Origin: Flavobacteriales bacterium
Lineage (GTDB): Bacteria; Bacteroidota; Bacteroidia; Flavobacteriales_D; Sanyastnellaceae
Length of the DNA stretch: 64,000 bases
Direction: 5' to 3'
Assembly: GCA_036562565.1 (NCBI GenBank)
Contig: DATCJY010000066.1
Coordinates: 10,317-74,316, forward strand
In this document: piece after piece, positions 49,658 to 59,877 of the stretch
Layout: each line of letters opens with the position of its first letter
Numbering within the stretch: the first letter of the stretch is position 1
Notes under the pieces: generated by a model
Told to the model about the DNA's origin: nothing
Seen by the model: only the letters and a program-made list of their open reading frames with translations
The model's database searches: none
Program-made: the position numbers and the translations under genes

Positions 49658-50233
49658 TTAAACCTCTACCCCTATAGCTGCATACAAGCGCTCGGAGATT
49701 TCTTCAATGGAACCGATACCGTTGATTCCCTTGTACTTGCCCTGTGCTTTATAATACTCGGCAACAGGTGCCGTCTCTCTGTTATAGACATTGATTCTGT
49801 TCTGTATAATGGCCGGATCGGCATCATCAGCGCGCCCGCTGGTCTTGGCTCGGTTGAGCAAACGTGCCTTCAATTCTTCTTCATCGACTTCCAAGGCCAA
49901 CATGCATGTGATTTCGGTTCCTTTGGATTTGAGAAAGGCATCCAAAGCTTCAGCCTGTGTAGACGTTCTCGGGAAACCATCAAAAATAAACCCTTTGGCA
50001 TCAGGATATTTATTGACCTCGCTCTCAAGCATGCTAATCGTGACACTATCCGGAACAAGGGAGCCCTTGTCCATATAGCTCTTCGCCAACATTCCAAGTT
50101 CGGTCTCGCCTTTGATATTGGCTCTAAAGATGTCACCCGTACTGAGGTGCTTTAGGCCGTATTTCTTTATGAGGTTCTCCGATTGAGTTCCCTTTCCTGC
50201 TCCCGGAGGACCGAAGAGTACAATGTTCAACAT
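49658..50233 (-). CDS. adk: Adenylate kinase (short-lid type)
   Basis: GPPGAGKGTQ P-loop, LSTGDIFR, and GFIFDGFPRT. Confidence 0.95.
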   Translation of the reverse strand: MLNIVLFGPPGAGKGTQSENLIKKYGLKHLSTGDIFRANIKGETELGMLAKSYMDKGSLVPDSVTISMLESEVNKYPDAKGFIFDGFPRTSTQAEALDAFLKSKGTEITCMLALEVDEEELKARLLNRAKTSGRADDADPAIIQNRINVYNRETAPVAEYYKAQGKYKGINGIGSIEEISERLYAAIGVEV

Positions 50234-50469
50234 GGCGATAATCCGTTTTTACTTTGAAATTTTGAAAGATGCGAAGGTAAGCATCCAAGTGGCTTTTTTA
50301 ATCAGGATTATATCCTCCCACCCAAAATTGGGTTCCTGCGCAAGCTCTAGATGGCCACGACTCGGCATCCGACAAGCTCCTTAACTTACACTTAAATTAC
50401 TGAACATCACCAACGTGCAAAACCACTACCTTTGGCAGGTATTCTTAAAATCATAAAAACTAAAAACAA

Positions 50470-50904
50470 ATGACAGACAATTTGAAAGAACTCATCAAAA
50501 AATTGGGACAGGATAGCGTAATAAATAATCCTGAAATTCCCAATGAACAAAACGAAGCTGTACTCGCTTCTGCCGAAATGGCCATCATCAACGGATTGCA
50601 AAAACTTGTGTCACAAGGCAAAAAGGATGAGCTTGCGCATATGGCAGCCGACCCTAACAGTGCCGAAGCGCAACAACTTCAGAGTGGTTTTGTGCAAAAC
50701 CTGATTGACAAGCTGAGTATCAAACAAGAAACCGCGAAGCACATCGCTACTTCACTTATCCCTCAAATCCTTGCGCGATTCAATATGGGCGCTAATGGTT
50801 TCGACATCACCGGTCTGCAAGCTTTGCTAACCAAAACCGGTTTGGACAAAGATGGTGACGGAAATGTGGACTTGAACGATTTGAAAAAGATGATCGGCTT
50901 CTAA
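50470..50904 (+). CDS. Hypothetical helical protein with C-terminal EF-hand-like Ca-binding loop
   Basis: 144 aa with no signal peptide. The C-terminal DKDGDGNVDLNDLKKM fits the DxDxDG loop pattern. Confidence 0.5.
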   Translation: MTDNLKELIKKLGQDSVINNPEIPNEQNEAVLASAEMAIINGLQKLVSQGKKDELAHMAADPNSAEAQQLQSGFVQNLIDKLSIKQETAKHIATSLIPQILARFNMGANGFDITGLQALLTKTGLDKDGDGNVDLNDLKKMIGF

Positions 50905-50932
50905 GCATACTGCTTGAATCAAAAAACAAAAA

Positions 50933-50959
50933 GGCCGAAACAAATGTTTCGGCCTTTTT
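50933..50959. terminator. Bidirectional terminator between convergent genes
   Basis: GGCCGAAAC-AAAT-GTTTCGGCC, flanked by an A-run upstream and T5 downstream. Confidence 0.85.
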
Positions 50960-50979
50960 CATATCGAAAACTTTTTCAA

Positions 50980-51828
50980 TTATGATACCTTCATCATTTG
51001 CAGGGAAAGAGCAAGCTTGTTTTTGAGCTCTTTTCTGTCCACGATGTAATCGAGGAATCCGTGCTCCAATACAAACTCAGCACTTTGGAATCCTTCAGGA
51101 AGATCTTTACCGATGGTCTCTCTCACAACGCGAGGTCCGGCAAAACCTATCAACGCTTTGGGCTCGGCAATATTGATATCTCCAAGCATCGCGAATGAAG
51201 CTGTTACCCCTCCGGTTGTAGGATCTGTGAGGATGGATACGTAAGGCAATTTAGCCTCTGCAAGCTGTGTGAGCTTGGCAGAAGTCTTTGCCATTTGCAT
51301 AAGCGAGAATCCAGCCTCCATCATCCTTGCGCCACCTGATTTGGAGATACACACAAAAGGACAATTGTTCTTGATGGCTTCATCCACTCCAATAGCAAAC
51401 TTCTCACCTACAACGGAGCCCATGGAACCACCGATAAATCCGAAATCCATACACGCCACCACCGTGGTGATGCCATTGATATCACCAATGGCTACGCGTA
51501 TTGCATCCTTCAAGCCAGTTTTGGCAATGGTGGTCTTAATACGATCCTTATAACTTTTGGTATCTACGAATTCCAATGGGTCAGCACTGATGAGATTAGC
51601 TGCAATCTCATCGTATTCGTGCTCATCAAAGAGAATAGAGAAATATTCCAATGACCCAATTTTTTCATGGTAGTTACATTTTTCGCACACCCAATTATTG
51701 TCTGCAAATGCTTCAGTGGTAACTACATTCTTACACTCAGGACATTTATGCCAAAGTCCTTCGGGTATCTCTTTCTTCTCTTTGCTTTTGGTAGTTACAC
51801 CCTGTATCTTTCTTTTAAACCAACTCAT
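50980..51828 (-). CDS. accD: Acetyl-CoA carboxylase carboxyltransferase subunit beta
   Basis: N-terminal zinc ribbon CPECKNVV...CEKCNYH and the carboxyltransferase core [20 protein letters not shown]. Confidence 0.93.
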   Translation of the reverse strand: MSWFKRKIQGVTTKSKEKKEIPEGLWHKCPECKNVVTTEAFADNNWVCEKCNYHEKIGSLEYFSILFDEHEYDEIAANLISADPLEFVDTKSYKDRIKTTIAKTGLKDAIRVAIGDINGITTVVACMDFGFIGGSMGSVVGEKFAIGVDEAIKNNCPFVCISKSGGARMMEAGFSLMQMAKTSAKLTQLAEAKLPYVSILTDPTTGGVTASFAMLGDINIAEPKALIGFAGPRVVRETIGKDLPEGFQSAEFVLEHGFLDYIVDRKELKNKLALSLQMMKVS

Positions 51829-52070
51829 TTTCTGTGTAGTATGTATTGAACAGGCTGACTAATTCATAATTAGTCCTTGAATTATCAGCGCACAAATATG
51901 TACGTAAATGTAGTTTTTCCGAATCAAAAAAAACACTTCTCCAACTAGCGTTGTCCCCATCCCAAACCTTGCGCTTTCATTTTAAGTGATGAAAATCAAC
52001 CCAAAAGATGACTCCTATCAAAGCATGCACAGTTAGTGACCTACACATTTGTCGCATCAATAAACTATAC

Positions 52071-52478
52071 ATCATGCCTCACTCAAATTACACCTACATT
52101 ACCCACATGAGCAATGAACACAGCAGCTGGATGCGCGGCATTGCTTTCTATCGGGATGAAATCAAAATTTTGCTTGAAAGGCTCAACGAGCTCACAACCG
52201 ACAAGACGTGTAAGGCCGGTGCAGATCAAATCGAACAATACCACAATCAAATCCTCAATTATCAGAACACCATGGCCGAATTGGAGCAAGACATCCAAGC
52301 CAACTTCAAACTGATTGAAAGTGATTTGGAAAAAAGGGAATTACATGTAAGCAATAGTGCGATGGCTCAGGCGGACTCATTGCGCAACCGTTATATAGAG
52401 GTAGAGAAATCCTTCAATGAGTTCCGTCATGCATTCAACAGGTTTTTATGTGATAATATGGAAGTAGTGCTGAAGTAA
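52071..52478 (+). CDS. Hypothetical coiled-coil/helical protein
   Basis: The open frame has three candidate starts: 52008, 52071 and 52104. There is no signal peptide and no recognised family. Confidence 0.45.
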   Translation: MMPHSNYTYITHMSNEHSSWMRGIAFYRDEIKILLERLNELTTDKTCKAGADQIEQYHNQILNYQNTMAELEQDIQANFKLIESDLEKRELHVSNSAMAQADSLRNRYIEVEKSFNEFRHAFNRFLCDNMEVVLK

Positions 52479-52516
52479 CACCGGGGGTTCATTACATTTT
52501 AGCATGCTTTCAAAAC

Positions 52517-52547
52517 ACAAAAGGCCTCGCAGTGCAAGGCCTTTTGT
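52517..52547. terminator. Bidirectional terminator between convergent genes
   Basis: ACAAAAGGCCT-CGCAGTGCA-AGGCCTTTTGT is an 11-bp perfect stem. Confidence 0.8.
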
Positions 52548-52578
52548 TATTTATTTCCATCAATATAATATTGACATA

Positions 52579-53505
52579 TTATGCTTCCATTTCGATTTCG
52601 AAATCGGTAAGTGCTACAAATTGCTCGATACGTTCTGCAATTTCGTCTGCAGTTACTTCGAGCAAACGCTCCGGACCAAATTTCTCACATGTGAACGAAG
52701 CCATAGCAGAACCCACAATCACAGCACGTTTCATATTCTCAAATGAAATATTGTGGCTCTTAGCAAGATAACCGATGAAACCACCGGCAAATGTGTCACC
52801 GGCACCTGTTGGGTCAAGTACTTCTTCCAAAGGAAGAGCAGGAGCAAAAAAGATATTGTTTTGGTCAAACAACAAAGCACCGTGCTCCCCTTTCTTAATG
52901 ATGAGATACTTTGGTCCAAATGACAAAATCTTACGCGCTGCTTTTACAAGCGAATATTCATTTGCTAGTTGACGAGCTTCTTCATCATTGATGGTAAGTA
53001 CATCCACCTTGGCAATAACTTTCATCAAATCATCCATTGCGGAGTCCATCCAAAAGTTCATCGTGTCCATCACGATGAGTTTTGGGCGCACTTTGATTTG
53101 ATTCAACACACTCATTTGAACTGTGGGAGCAAGGTTTCCAAGCATGAGGAAATCACATGTCTGGTAGCTCTCCGGCAATACCGGATTGAAAGTGGCCAAC
53201 ACGTTGAGGTCGGTAACAAGTGTGTCTCGAGAGTTCAAATCGTAATGGTATTTACCTGCCCAGTAAAATGATTTTTCACCTTGTTTGATTTGCAGACCTT
53301 GTTGATCAATACCCTTGTCCTTCATGGTTTGAAGGAAGTCCGTAGGGAAGTCTTCCCCTACTACGGATACCAATCCACTCTCTTTAATAAAGTGTGAAGC
53401 GGACAATGCAATGTACATAGCGGCACCTCCAATCACTTTGTCGCGTTTAGCGAATGGAGTTTCTATTGAGTCAAATGCCACAGTACCAACGGATACGAGA
53501 TTCAT
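52579..53505 (-). CDS. PfkB/ribokinase-family carbohydrate kinase
   Basis: 308 aa with the family signature DPTGAGDTFAGGF near the C-terminus. Confidence 0.8.
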   Translation of the reverse strand: MNLVSVGTVAFDSIETPFAKRDKVIGGAAMYIALSASHFIKESGLVSVVGEDFPTDFLQTMKDKGIDQQGLQIKQGEKSFYWAGKYHYDLNSRDTLVTDLNVLATFNPVLPESYQTCDFLMLGNLAPTVQMSVLNQIKVRPKLIVMDTMNFWMDSAMDDLMKVIAKVDVLTINDEEARQLANEYSLVKAARKILSFGPKYLIIKKGEHGALLFDQNNIFFAPALPLEEVLDPTGAGDTFAGGFIGYLAKSHNISFENMKRAVIVGSAMASFTCEKFGPERLLEVTADEIAERIEQFVALTDFEIEMEA

Positions 53506-53692
53506 AGAAAAAAAATTTTGCCAAAGATATTGCTATTTTAAAAAAACGTTGTACTATTGCACCCCGTTTGACACGGAGCCCCTCTTTGAAACGCTGGTGT
53601 TCTAGTTTTGAAGGACAGAAAATCCTTCGGAATGGCTGATAGCAATGGAGAAAGTTTCTCTTGATAAACGAAAGAGTTTACCAAAAGAAAAT

Positions 53693-53766
53693 TCCTCAGT
53701 AGCTCAGCTGGTTAGAGCACATGACTGTTAATCATGGGGTCCCTGGTTCGAGCCCAGGCTGGGGAG
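53693..53766 (+). tRNA. tRNA-Asn (anticodon GTT), CCA not encoded
   Basis: Hand-folded cloverleaf. The acceptor stem TCCTCAG/CTGGGGA has 7 bp with one G-U. D-arm AGCTCAGCTGGTTAGAGC. The anticodon loop CTGTTAA gives GUU. T-arm GGTTCGAGCCC. The discriminator G is followed by CAAA, not CCA. Confidence 0.9.
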
Positions 53767-53767
53767 C

Positions 53768-53796
53768 AAAGCTCACACGTAAGTGTGGGCTTTGTT
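53768..53796 (+). terminator. Terminator after tRNA-Asn
   Basis: AAAGCTCACAC-GTAA-GTGTGGGCTTT stem (one G-U), followed by a T-rich run. Confidence 0.6.
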
Positions 53797-54069
53797 CGTT
53801 TATATACTTTCTATTTATTCTCTAAAGAGTTTCCTTTTAGAAATGACTTTTATTCACCTCACCGTAATACCTGAATGATTCAACCCCAGACATAAGACGT
53901 GTGAACAATCGAGTAAATAGGTATTCTTCAATTAAATACCTCCAATTATTGTTTTAAATAATTTCCATTTTATATGATTTTTGATCATGTCACGGTGATT
54001 GCTCAAATGATTCAAACCTGACAAAAACATCTACACGTAGGTTGTATCAAATTATTTAAACTCAAATTA

Positions 54070-56823
54070 TCACCTACAATATTGGCAATACTTACTATCC
54101 GGATTGTGCTCGAAGATTTCTGTAGCATACACTTGTTTTACCCAATCCATAAATGCTTGCTCAAATTCTTGAAGCTTATATGATGTCATTTTATCTTCAA
54201 ACATCATGAAGCCGTTCTTGTGTGCCACAAAACTGTAAAAGCCGGCTGTCATGTTTTCAGGTTCACGGCCATCTTGCGAATACATATAGATATAACACAA
54301 CAACTGCAAAAGTTTGCCATGCTTGTCGGACTTCATGATATCTGCAATCGGTTTATTGAGACGCACTTCCGTGTCGTCCACTTTACCGGTTTTATAATCC
54401 AGGATGCGTACTTGTCCGGCAACAGACTCCAGTCTATCTACCAATCCGCGAATGGCTACAGGTTTTGACCAATTGTATTGTTGAACGGGTAGTTCTTTGC
54501 GCAAGTACATCTCCACATCTATTATCGAAGGCTTCACACCATTTGCCTCGCGCTCTTTGGCGAGTTTCAATTCGTATCCGATAAAGCGCTCCAGCATATT
54601 CTTCGCCACTTTCGATGCGAGATAATTGTAGCCAAAGCTTGTTGTATGTATTGCATATAACTCTTCAAATGCAGCTCTTAATCGATCGTCCAATGTGGAT
54701 TGCAAGTTTTCTAAATCTTGCACTGAAGGATAGGTGCCTTTAAATGCTTCAAAAAATTTCTCCAAAACATGGTGCACAATGCTTCCAAACGTAGCTGCAC
54801 TCATTTGCTCTTCCAGCGTTTCTTCTTCACCTAGACCGAGTATATAACGATAGTAGAAATCAAGCGGACATGCATTGAACTTGTTGATTGCCGAAGGCGA
54901 TATTCCTTTCTCAAATAACTTATCCAATACTTGATGCACATAAGGTGTCGACTTTACCGCTTGTGAAGCGAGATCATATTGTGCATCGGCCAGTTTAAGT
55001 TGATAGCGCTCAATGGTTACTTGCTGATTGCGCTCTGTGAGTTCATTCTCTATTTGTGTGATGTATCTGCTCTGCTCTGTTCCCTTAAAATCAGATGATA
55101 TTGTTGAGTAAAACAAATGCACCGTTGCCGGGTGTTGAAGCAAGCGATAGAACATATAGGCAACCATGTACTCCTTCTCGTGAGGCATGGGCAGCTTGTA
55201 GTATCCGCGTAGTTCAAAAGGAATAAATGATTGCTGTACCACATTGCCGGGCAATGTTTCTTCATTCGCTCCGAGTAGTATAACTGTATCGAAATCGAGA
55301 GCGCGTGTTTCCCTCAACCCCAATATCTGTAGTCCATTCACGGGCTCACCTTCATATTGTAACACCTCACCTGAAAGCAACTGATTCCATAACACATGAA
55401 GTGTTGAAGCTTCATTGAGAAAGTCATACCGATCTAATAAACCTTTTAATCTATCCAGCAGAGCAGCCATTGAACGCGCTGCATGGCGCTCCATAGAATG
55501 CTGCTCTGCTTCATTTGCGGCTACGACAGTATGATTTCGCAGCTGTGAAATCACTTCGTCATTCTTTGACTCATATAACAGTCCGATGACTTGTGCTAAT
55601 CGCGACTCTCCATGCAAATGCTTCTCAAACAAATCATGCTGAACATAAATGGTGAGTTGTTCAATCAAGAGTTGTTTGGTGCGCAACACATCCTCCGCAG
55701 TCACTCCAACCGCTACACTTAAGTGAAGCCATTCAATAAAATCTTTGTGATAGACACCGCGACTTTCTTGTTGTAACTTCTGTCGGATGTGCAGTGTGCT
55801 TCCAATCCATTGCGCTATCGTTGTTGAAATAAGTGGCACACCAATCGCAAGGTTGATTGCCACATCTTCTCTTGTAATACTTGCCAACAGTGGCTCTGCA
55901 AGCTTTTCATCTGCAAGCACCACACAAGTTTGTTCCAGTTCTTGTGCAGTCATCGTTGACAAGAGTTCCGCAGCACCAAAGCATTGTCCTATGGCAGTAG
56001 TCGTCTCGTAAACACGAATATGCTTCTTGCTCTCCAACAATGAGCGTGATGCTTGATTCAATTCTCCAAAACGCTCACGTGCTTTGCGCGCAAAGAAACC
56101 GGCTTCCTGCATCGTGTCCTCGATGTAATAGGCATCAACATCCCAAATAACTTCTACTTCCGCTGATGATTTTACTTTTTCAATCAACGTCATCTCAGCA
56201 GGTGAGAACGATGCAATACCAATAAAGTATACTTTCTTTCCGCTGACGCGTGCCGCCATCAGCGTGTCTTGCTCAATGAGCCAACGAATAAGCCCGTTGT
56301 AACTCCATCGCTGAGTGTGTGCTTGATAGTCGCGATAAGCTTCATATAGCTTACCGAGTTCATCCCAAAACAAAAGGAATTGTTGTTGAGCAGAAGTCAA
56401 CTCTGCAGAATTAAAACTCCAGCTATCGATTTCACGGATGCTCTGCAAGTTCGAAAACACGTGCTCGCTGTTGGCCAGACTACCGTCAATATCCCCAAAG
56501 TCCTTGAGTGCTGTGGTTGCCCAGGTGGTGAACACGTCAAACGTAGCCGGCTGCTTCACCGTCTGACGGTAACACACGTAGAGATCCATGAGTGCCTCCG
56601 CTCCGGACACGATGCTTCGCGATGCCATCCACTCAATGAATTGTGGAAAGATGAATGTGCTCGGCATCCAATATGTTTTGCCTACTTCAGCACTCAAATA
56701 CTTCTGCAGGAACAACATGGAACGCCTTGCCGGTAAGACAACTACCACATCACGAAAATCGCCTTGATGAACTTCATTCAATCGTTTGGCTACAGTCTGC
56801 AAAAACTTACTCATACCGAACAA
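54070..56823 (-). CDS. PD-(D/E)XK nuclease family protein, AddB/RexB-like
   Basis: 917 aa. The N-terminal helicase-like fold lacks a clear Walker A. C-terminal nuclease motifs GLVDRLE...VRILDYKTGK and LQLLCYIYMY. Cys residues flank the nuclease core (NACPLDF ... YCQYCR). Confidence 0.7.
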   Translation of the reverse strand: MFGMSKFLQTVAKRLNEVHQGDFRDVVVVLPARRSMLFLQKYLSAEVGKTYWMPSTFIFPQFIEWMASRSIVSGAEALMDLYVCYRQTVKQPATFDVFTTWATTALKDFGDIDGSLANSEHVFSNLQSIREIDSWSFNSAELTSAQQQFLLFWDELGKLYEAYRDYQAHTQRWSYNGLIRWLIEQDTLMAARVSGKKVYFIGIASFSPAEMTLIEKVKSSAEVEVIWDVDAYYIEDTMQEAGFFARKARERFGELNQASRSLLESKKHIRVYETTTAIGQCFGAAELLSTMTAQELEQTCVVLADEKLAEPLLASITREDVAINLAIGVPLISTTIAQWIGSTLHIRQKLQQESRGVYHKDFIEWLHLSVAVGVTAEDVLRTKQLLIEQLTIYVQHDLFEKHLHGESRLAQVIGLLYESKNDEVISQLRNHTVVAANEAEQHSMERHAARSMAALLDRLKGLLDRYDFLNEASTLHVLWNQLLSGEVLQYEGEPVNGLQILGLRETRALDFDTVILLGANEETLPGNVVQQSFIPFELRGYYKLPMPHEKEYMVAYMFYRLLQHPATVHLFYSTISSDFKGTEQSRYITQIENELTERNQQVTIERYQLKLADAQYDLASQAVKSTPYVHQVLDKLFEKGISPSAINKFNACPLDFYYRYILGLGEEETLEEQMSAATFGSIVHHVLEKFFEAFKGTYPSVQDLENLQSTLDDRLRAAFEELYAIHTTSFGYNYLASKVAKNMLERFIGYELKLAKEREANGVKPSIIDVEMYLRKELPVQQYNWSKPVAIRGLVDRLESVAGQVRILDYKTGKVDDTEVRLNKPIADIMKSDKHGKLLQLLCYIYMYSQDGREPENMTAGFYSFVAHKNGFMMFEDKMTSYKLQEFEQAFMDWVKQVYATEIFEHNPDSKYCQYCR

Positions 56824-57015
56824 ACTTAATCCCGTTAATCGCTTTGCACCACATCAATATTCCAACAATTAAACATTCGGCCATTGTTCATTTTTTACCG
56901 GTTTGCACGTCCTATCTCATCTAAAATCGAATACCATAGATTTCACAGCAGAAGCTCCCGGTCTTATCTTTGATACGCTTTTTACAGGATATTTCGATAT
57001 AATTGATTTTGCACC

Positions 57016-57528
57016 ATGAAACAGCTTATCACTACGATTGCAATGGGTGTTGTGCTCATGTCTTTCGCATTTCAAACCCAACGCGACATTCTACTAGCTC
57101 AATTCTATCGTCTTGTTGGTGAATGGGAAGGACTTATGGAATACACTTCCTATGAGGACAATACAACCAAGCATGTAACTCCAGCCAAATGCGAAAGCAC
57201 ATTTGATGGTAAAGCATGGCTGTACAAAGTCACCTACGATGAAGGCAATGGCCAAATTTTCGAAGGCTCAGGAGAATGCATTGTGAGTCAGGATGGTTCA
57301 CAAGTGATGTATAACGGTATCAAATGGAATGTTGTGAGCATTCAAGAGTCTGCGGACACTGTTCGCATCCTGATGGAAACAAAGGGAAAGGATAACCGCA
57401 AGAAAGCCTCACTGCGACAAACTCTGGAGGTAACTGACAGAACGTTTACGCTCACGGAAGAAGTGAAATACGACTCAGGAGGTGATTACTTCGTACGCAA
57501 CAAACACCTCTTCCGCAAGCGCAGATGA
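57016..57528 (+). CDS. Hypothetical secreted protein
   Basis: 170 aa. Signal peptide MKQLITTIAMGVVLMSFAFQ. Beta-rich composition and no recognised family. Confidence 0.5.
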   Translation: MKQLITTIAMGVVLMSFAFQTQRDILLAQFYRLVGEWEGLMEYTSYEDNTTKHVTPAKCESTFDGKAWLYKVTYDEGNGQIFEGSGECIVSQDGSQVMYNGIKWNVVSIQESADTVRILMETKGKDNRKKASLRQTLEVTDRTFTLTEEVKYDSGGDYFVRNKHLFRKRR

Positions 57529-57530
57529 CA

Positions 57531-59768
57531 TCAATGGATTTGTTCGGTAATGGTTGTTCCATTTGTATCCACCGAAACATGAACCACTTTACCATTGAAT
57601 AAGATATTGAATGAATAGCGTTTCCATTTTTTGGGCAGCATGGTGTTGAAGGTGACTTGTCCATCCTTCACACGCATACCTCCAAATCCTTGAACGATGC
57701 TCATCCATGTGCCGGCCATGCTGGTGATGTGAAGACCTTCATGCGCCTCGTGGTTATAATCATCTAAGTCCAAACGTGATGTGCGCATGTACATCTCATA
57801 CGCTTTCTCTTCATAGCCAAGTTTGGCAGCAAGTATCGCATGTACACAAGGCGACAATGAACTCTCATGCACCGTCATTGGTTCATAGAAGTCAAAGTTT
57901 TGTTTGATTGTTTCATCATCAAAATCCGATTCAAAGAAGTAGATTCCCTGAAGGACATCCGCTTGTTTGATAAAACATGAACGAAGGATTCTGTCCCAGC
58001 TCCAGTGCTGATTAATAGGGCGCTCTGCATCACTTAACTGCGATGCCTTGCGCAATTCTTTGTCCATGAAGCCATCTTGTTGTAAGAAGATTTTTGTGCC
58101 TTCAAGCTTTCCAAAGTACATGTTTTCAATAATGTGATTCCAGCGAGCGGTCTCCTCCGACTCATTGAATTTGTACTTCACAACTTTTTCTTGATAAGCA
58201 GTCGCATGCTGTGACTTCAGATATTCCATTACCTCCATGCAATACTTCATGCACCAAACTGCGAAGTAAGAAGTGTACCAGTTATTGTTGACGTTGTTCT
58301 CGTACTCATTCGGGCCGGTTACACCGTGCATTACATATTGCTTCTTCGCTTCACTCCAGTGCACGCGTTGAGACCAGAAGCGCGCAATTCCGAGCAATAC
58401 ATCCCAGCCGTATTCCGCTAAGTATTGTTTGTCACCGGTGTAATTCACATAATTGTAAATAGCATACGCAATTGCGCCATTGCGATGCACTTCCTCAAAT
58501 GTGATTTCCCATTCGTTGTGACATTCCTCACCGTTCATGGTTACCATTGGATAAAGGGCCGCGCCATTGGTAAAACCAAGTTTTTCAGCATTTTCAATTG
58601 CTTTACCCAGATGATTGTAACGATATACCAACAGCTGACGAGCGACCTTTTGTTCTTTGGTACTCATATAAAACGGCAAGCAATAGGCTTCGGTATCCCA
58701 ATAAGTTGATCCGCCATATTTCTCACCTGTAAAACCTTTCGGACCGATATTGAGGCGGGCATCCTCACCCGTATAAGTCTGGTTGAGATGGAAAATATTG
58801 AAGCGAATGGCTTGTTGCGCCTCATCATCTCCTTCAATTACAATATCAGCCAAATTCCATGTATCAGCCCACTTCGCTTTGTGGGCATCGAGCATTTTTT
58901 CAAACCCGTTTGCAAACGCGCGATTCACGGCTGACCTACAAGCTGCCAGCAACTTCTGTTGCTCATAGTTCATCGATGAAACGATGGCCACATACTTATA
59001 TAATGTAACTGTCTCTCCTTGCTTTACAGGACTTTCATATGTGTTTGCCGCAAAGAACTCTTTGTGTGTGTGACTTGGCTGTACGTCTGCCGGAATGCCA
59101 TCCTTGATCAGCGCCAATTTCATTCCTACAGCTACATCAAACTCGGTCTTGCGCGTACGCGTGATCACATAACCTTCACCTGCACTTGCCTCACTGCTCA
59201 CGGCTTGCCAAAACTTCTCATCATAATTAGAATCATGGTTTTTGACATCTCCATCCAAGAACGGCTGGAAGCGAATAATTCCAGAAAAGTTCAGTGCTTT
59301 CACAGCATAGCGAATAGCAGCAGTTTCATCATCAGCCAATGAACAGAAACGTTGTGCTTCTACTTCAATCTTTTTACCTGAGGCCATCTCCACTTCAAAC
59401 TTTCGTAGCAGGTAGCCTTCACGCATGTTCAACTCACGATAAAAAGAAACAGGTGACTGCACAGCAAGATCCAGCTCTTCTCCATCCACCCAAACTCGGA
59501 TACCAATCCAATTGGTACTGTTCAGCACTTTAGCGAAATACTCGGGATAGCCATTTTTCCACCAGCCAACACGTGTCTTATCCGGATAATACACTCCGGC
59601 TATATAGGAGCCTTGTAAAGAAGGTCCTGAATAAGTCTCTTCATGATTGGCGCGTTGGCCAAAGCGTCCATTGCCAATAGAAAAGATGCTTTCGGAAGAA
59701 CGCTGATGTTGCGCCTTATGACCAACTTCTATAACTTTCCAAGGATCGGTTTGGAGATATTTTATCAT
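57531..59768 (-). CDS. Glycoside hydrolase family 65 phosphorylase (maltose/trehalose/kojibiose phosphorylase type)
   Basis: 745 aa. N-terminal DPWKVIE...ESIFSIGNGRFGQRANHEE and the catalytic-acid context VTGPNEYENNVNNN. Confidence 0.85.
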   Translation of the reverse strand: MIKYLQTDPWKVIEVGHKAQHQRSSESIFSIGNGRFGQRANHEETYSGPSLQGSYIAGVYYPDKTRVGWWKNGYPEYFAKVLNSTNWIGIRVWVDGEELDLAVQSPVSFYRELNMREGYLLRKFEVEMASGKKIEVEAQRFCSLADDETAAIRYAVKALNFSGIIRFQPFLDGDVKNHDSNYDEKFWQAVSSEASAGEGYVITRTRKTEFDVAVGMKLALIKDGIPADVQPSHTHKEFFAANTYESPVKQGETVTLYKYVAIVSSMNYEQQKLLAACRSAVNRAFANGFEKMLDAHKAKWADTWNLADIVIEGDDEAQQAIRFNIFHLNQTYTGEDARLNIGPKGFTGEKYGGSTYWDTEAYCLPFYMSTKEQKVARQLLVYRYNHLGKAIENAEKLGFTNGAALYPMVTMNGEECHNEWEITFEEVHRNGAIAYAIYNYVNYTGDKQYLAEYGWDVLLGIARFWSQRVHWSEAKKQYVMHGVTGPNEYENNVNNNWYTSYFAVWCMKYCMEVMEYLKSQHATAYQEKVVKYKFNESEETARWNHIIENMYFGKLEGTKIFLQQDGFMDKELRKASQLSDAERPINQHWSWDRILRSCFIKQADVLQGIYFFESDFDDETIKQNFDFYEPMTVHESSLSPCVHAILAAKLGYEEKAYEMYMRTSRLDLDDYNHEAHEGLHITSMAGTWMSIVQGFGGMRVKDGQVTFNTMLPKKWKRYSFNILFNGKVVHVSVDTNGTTITEQIH

Positions 59769-59877
59769 GCCTGACGAGTTCTAAATTGTATGTGTCAACA
59801 GGCAAAGAAAAGAAAGTGTACAATTTACACCAAGCAATTTCTTTGGGGTACGATAAAAGGCGCTTCGAAAAAAGTAT

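Noticed and set aside
53767-54069. The 300-nt AT-rich gap after tRNA-Asn as a possible genomic-island integration scar.
   Set aside because: I found no direct repeat of the tRNA 3' end and no integrase or mobile-element gene. The next gene is a conserved-type nuclease. I cannot support an island call from this window.
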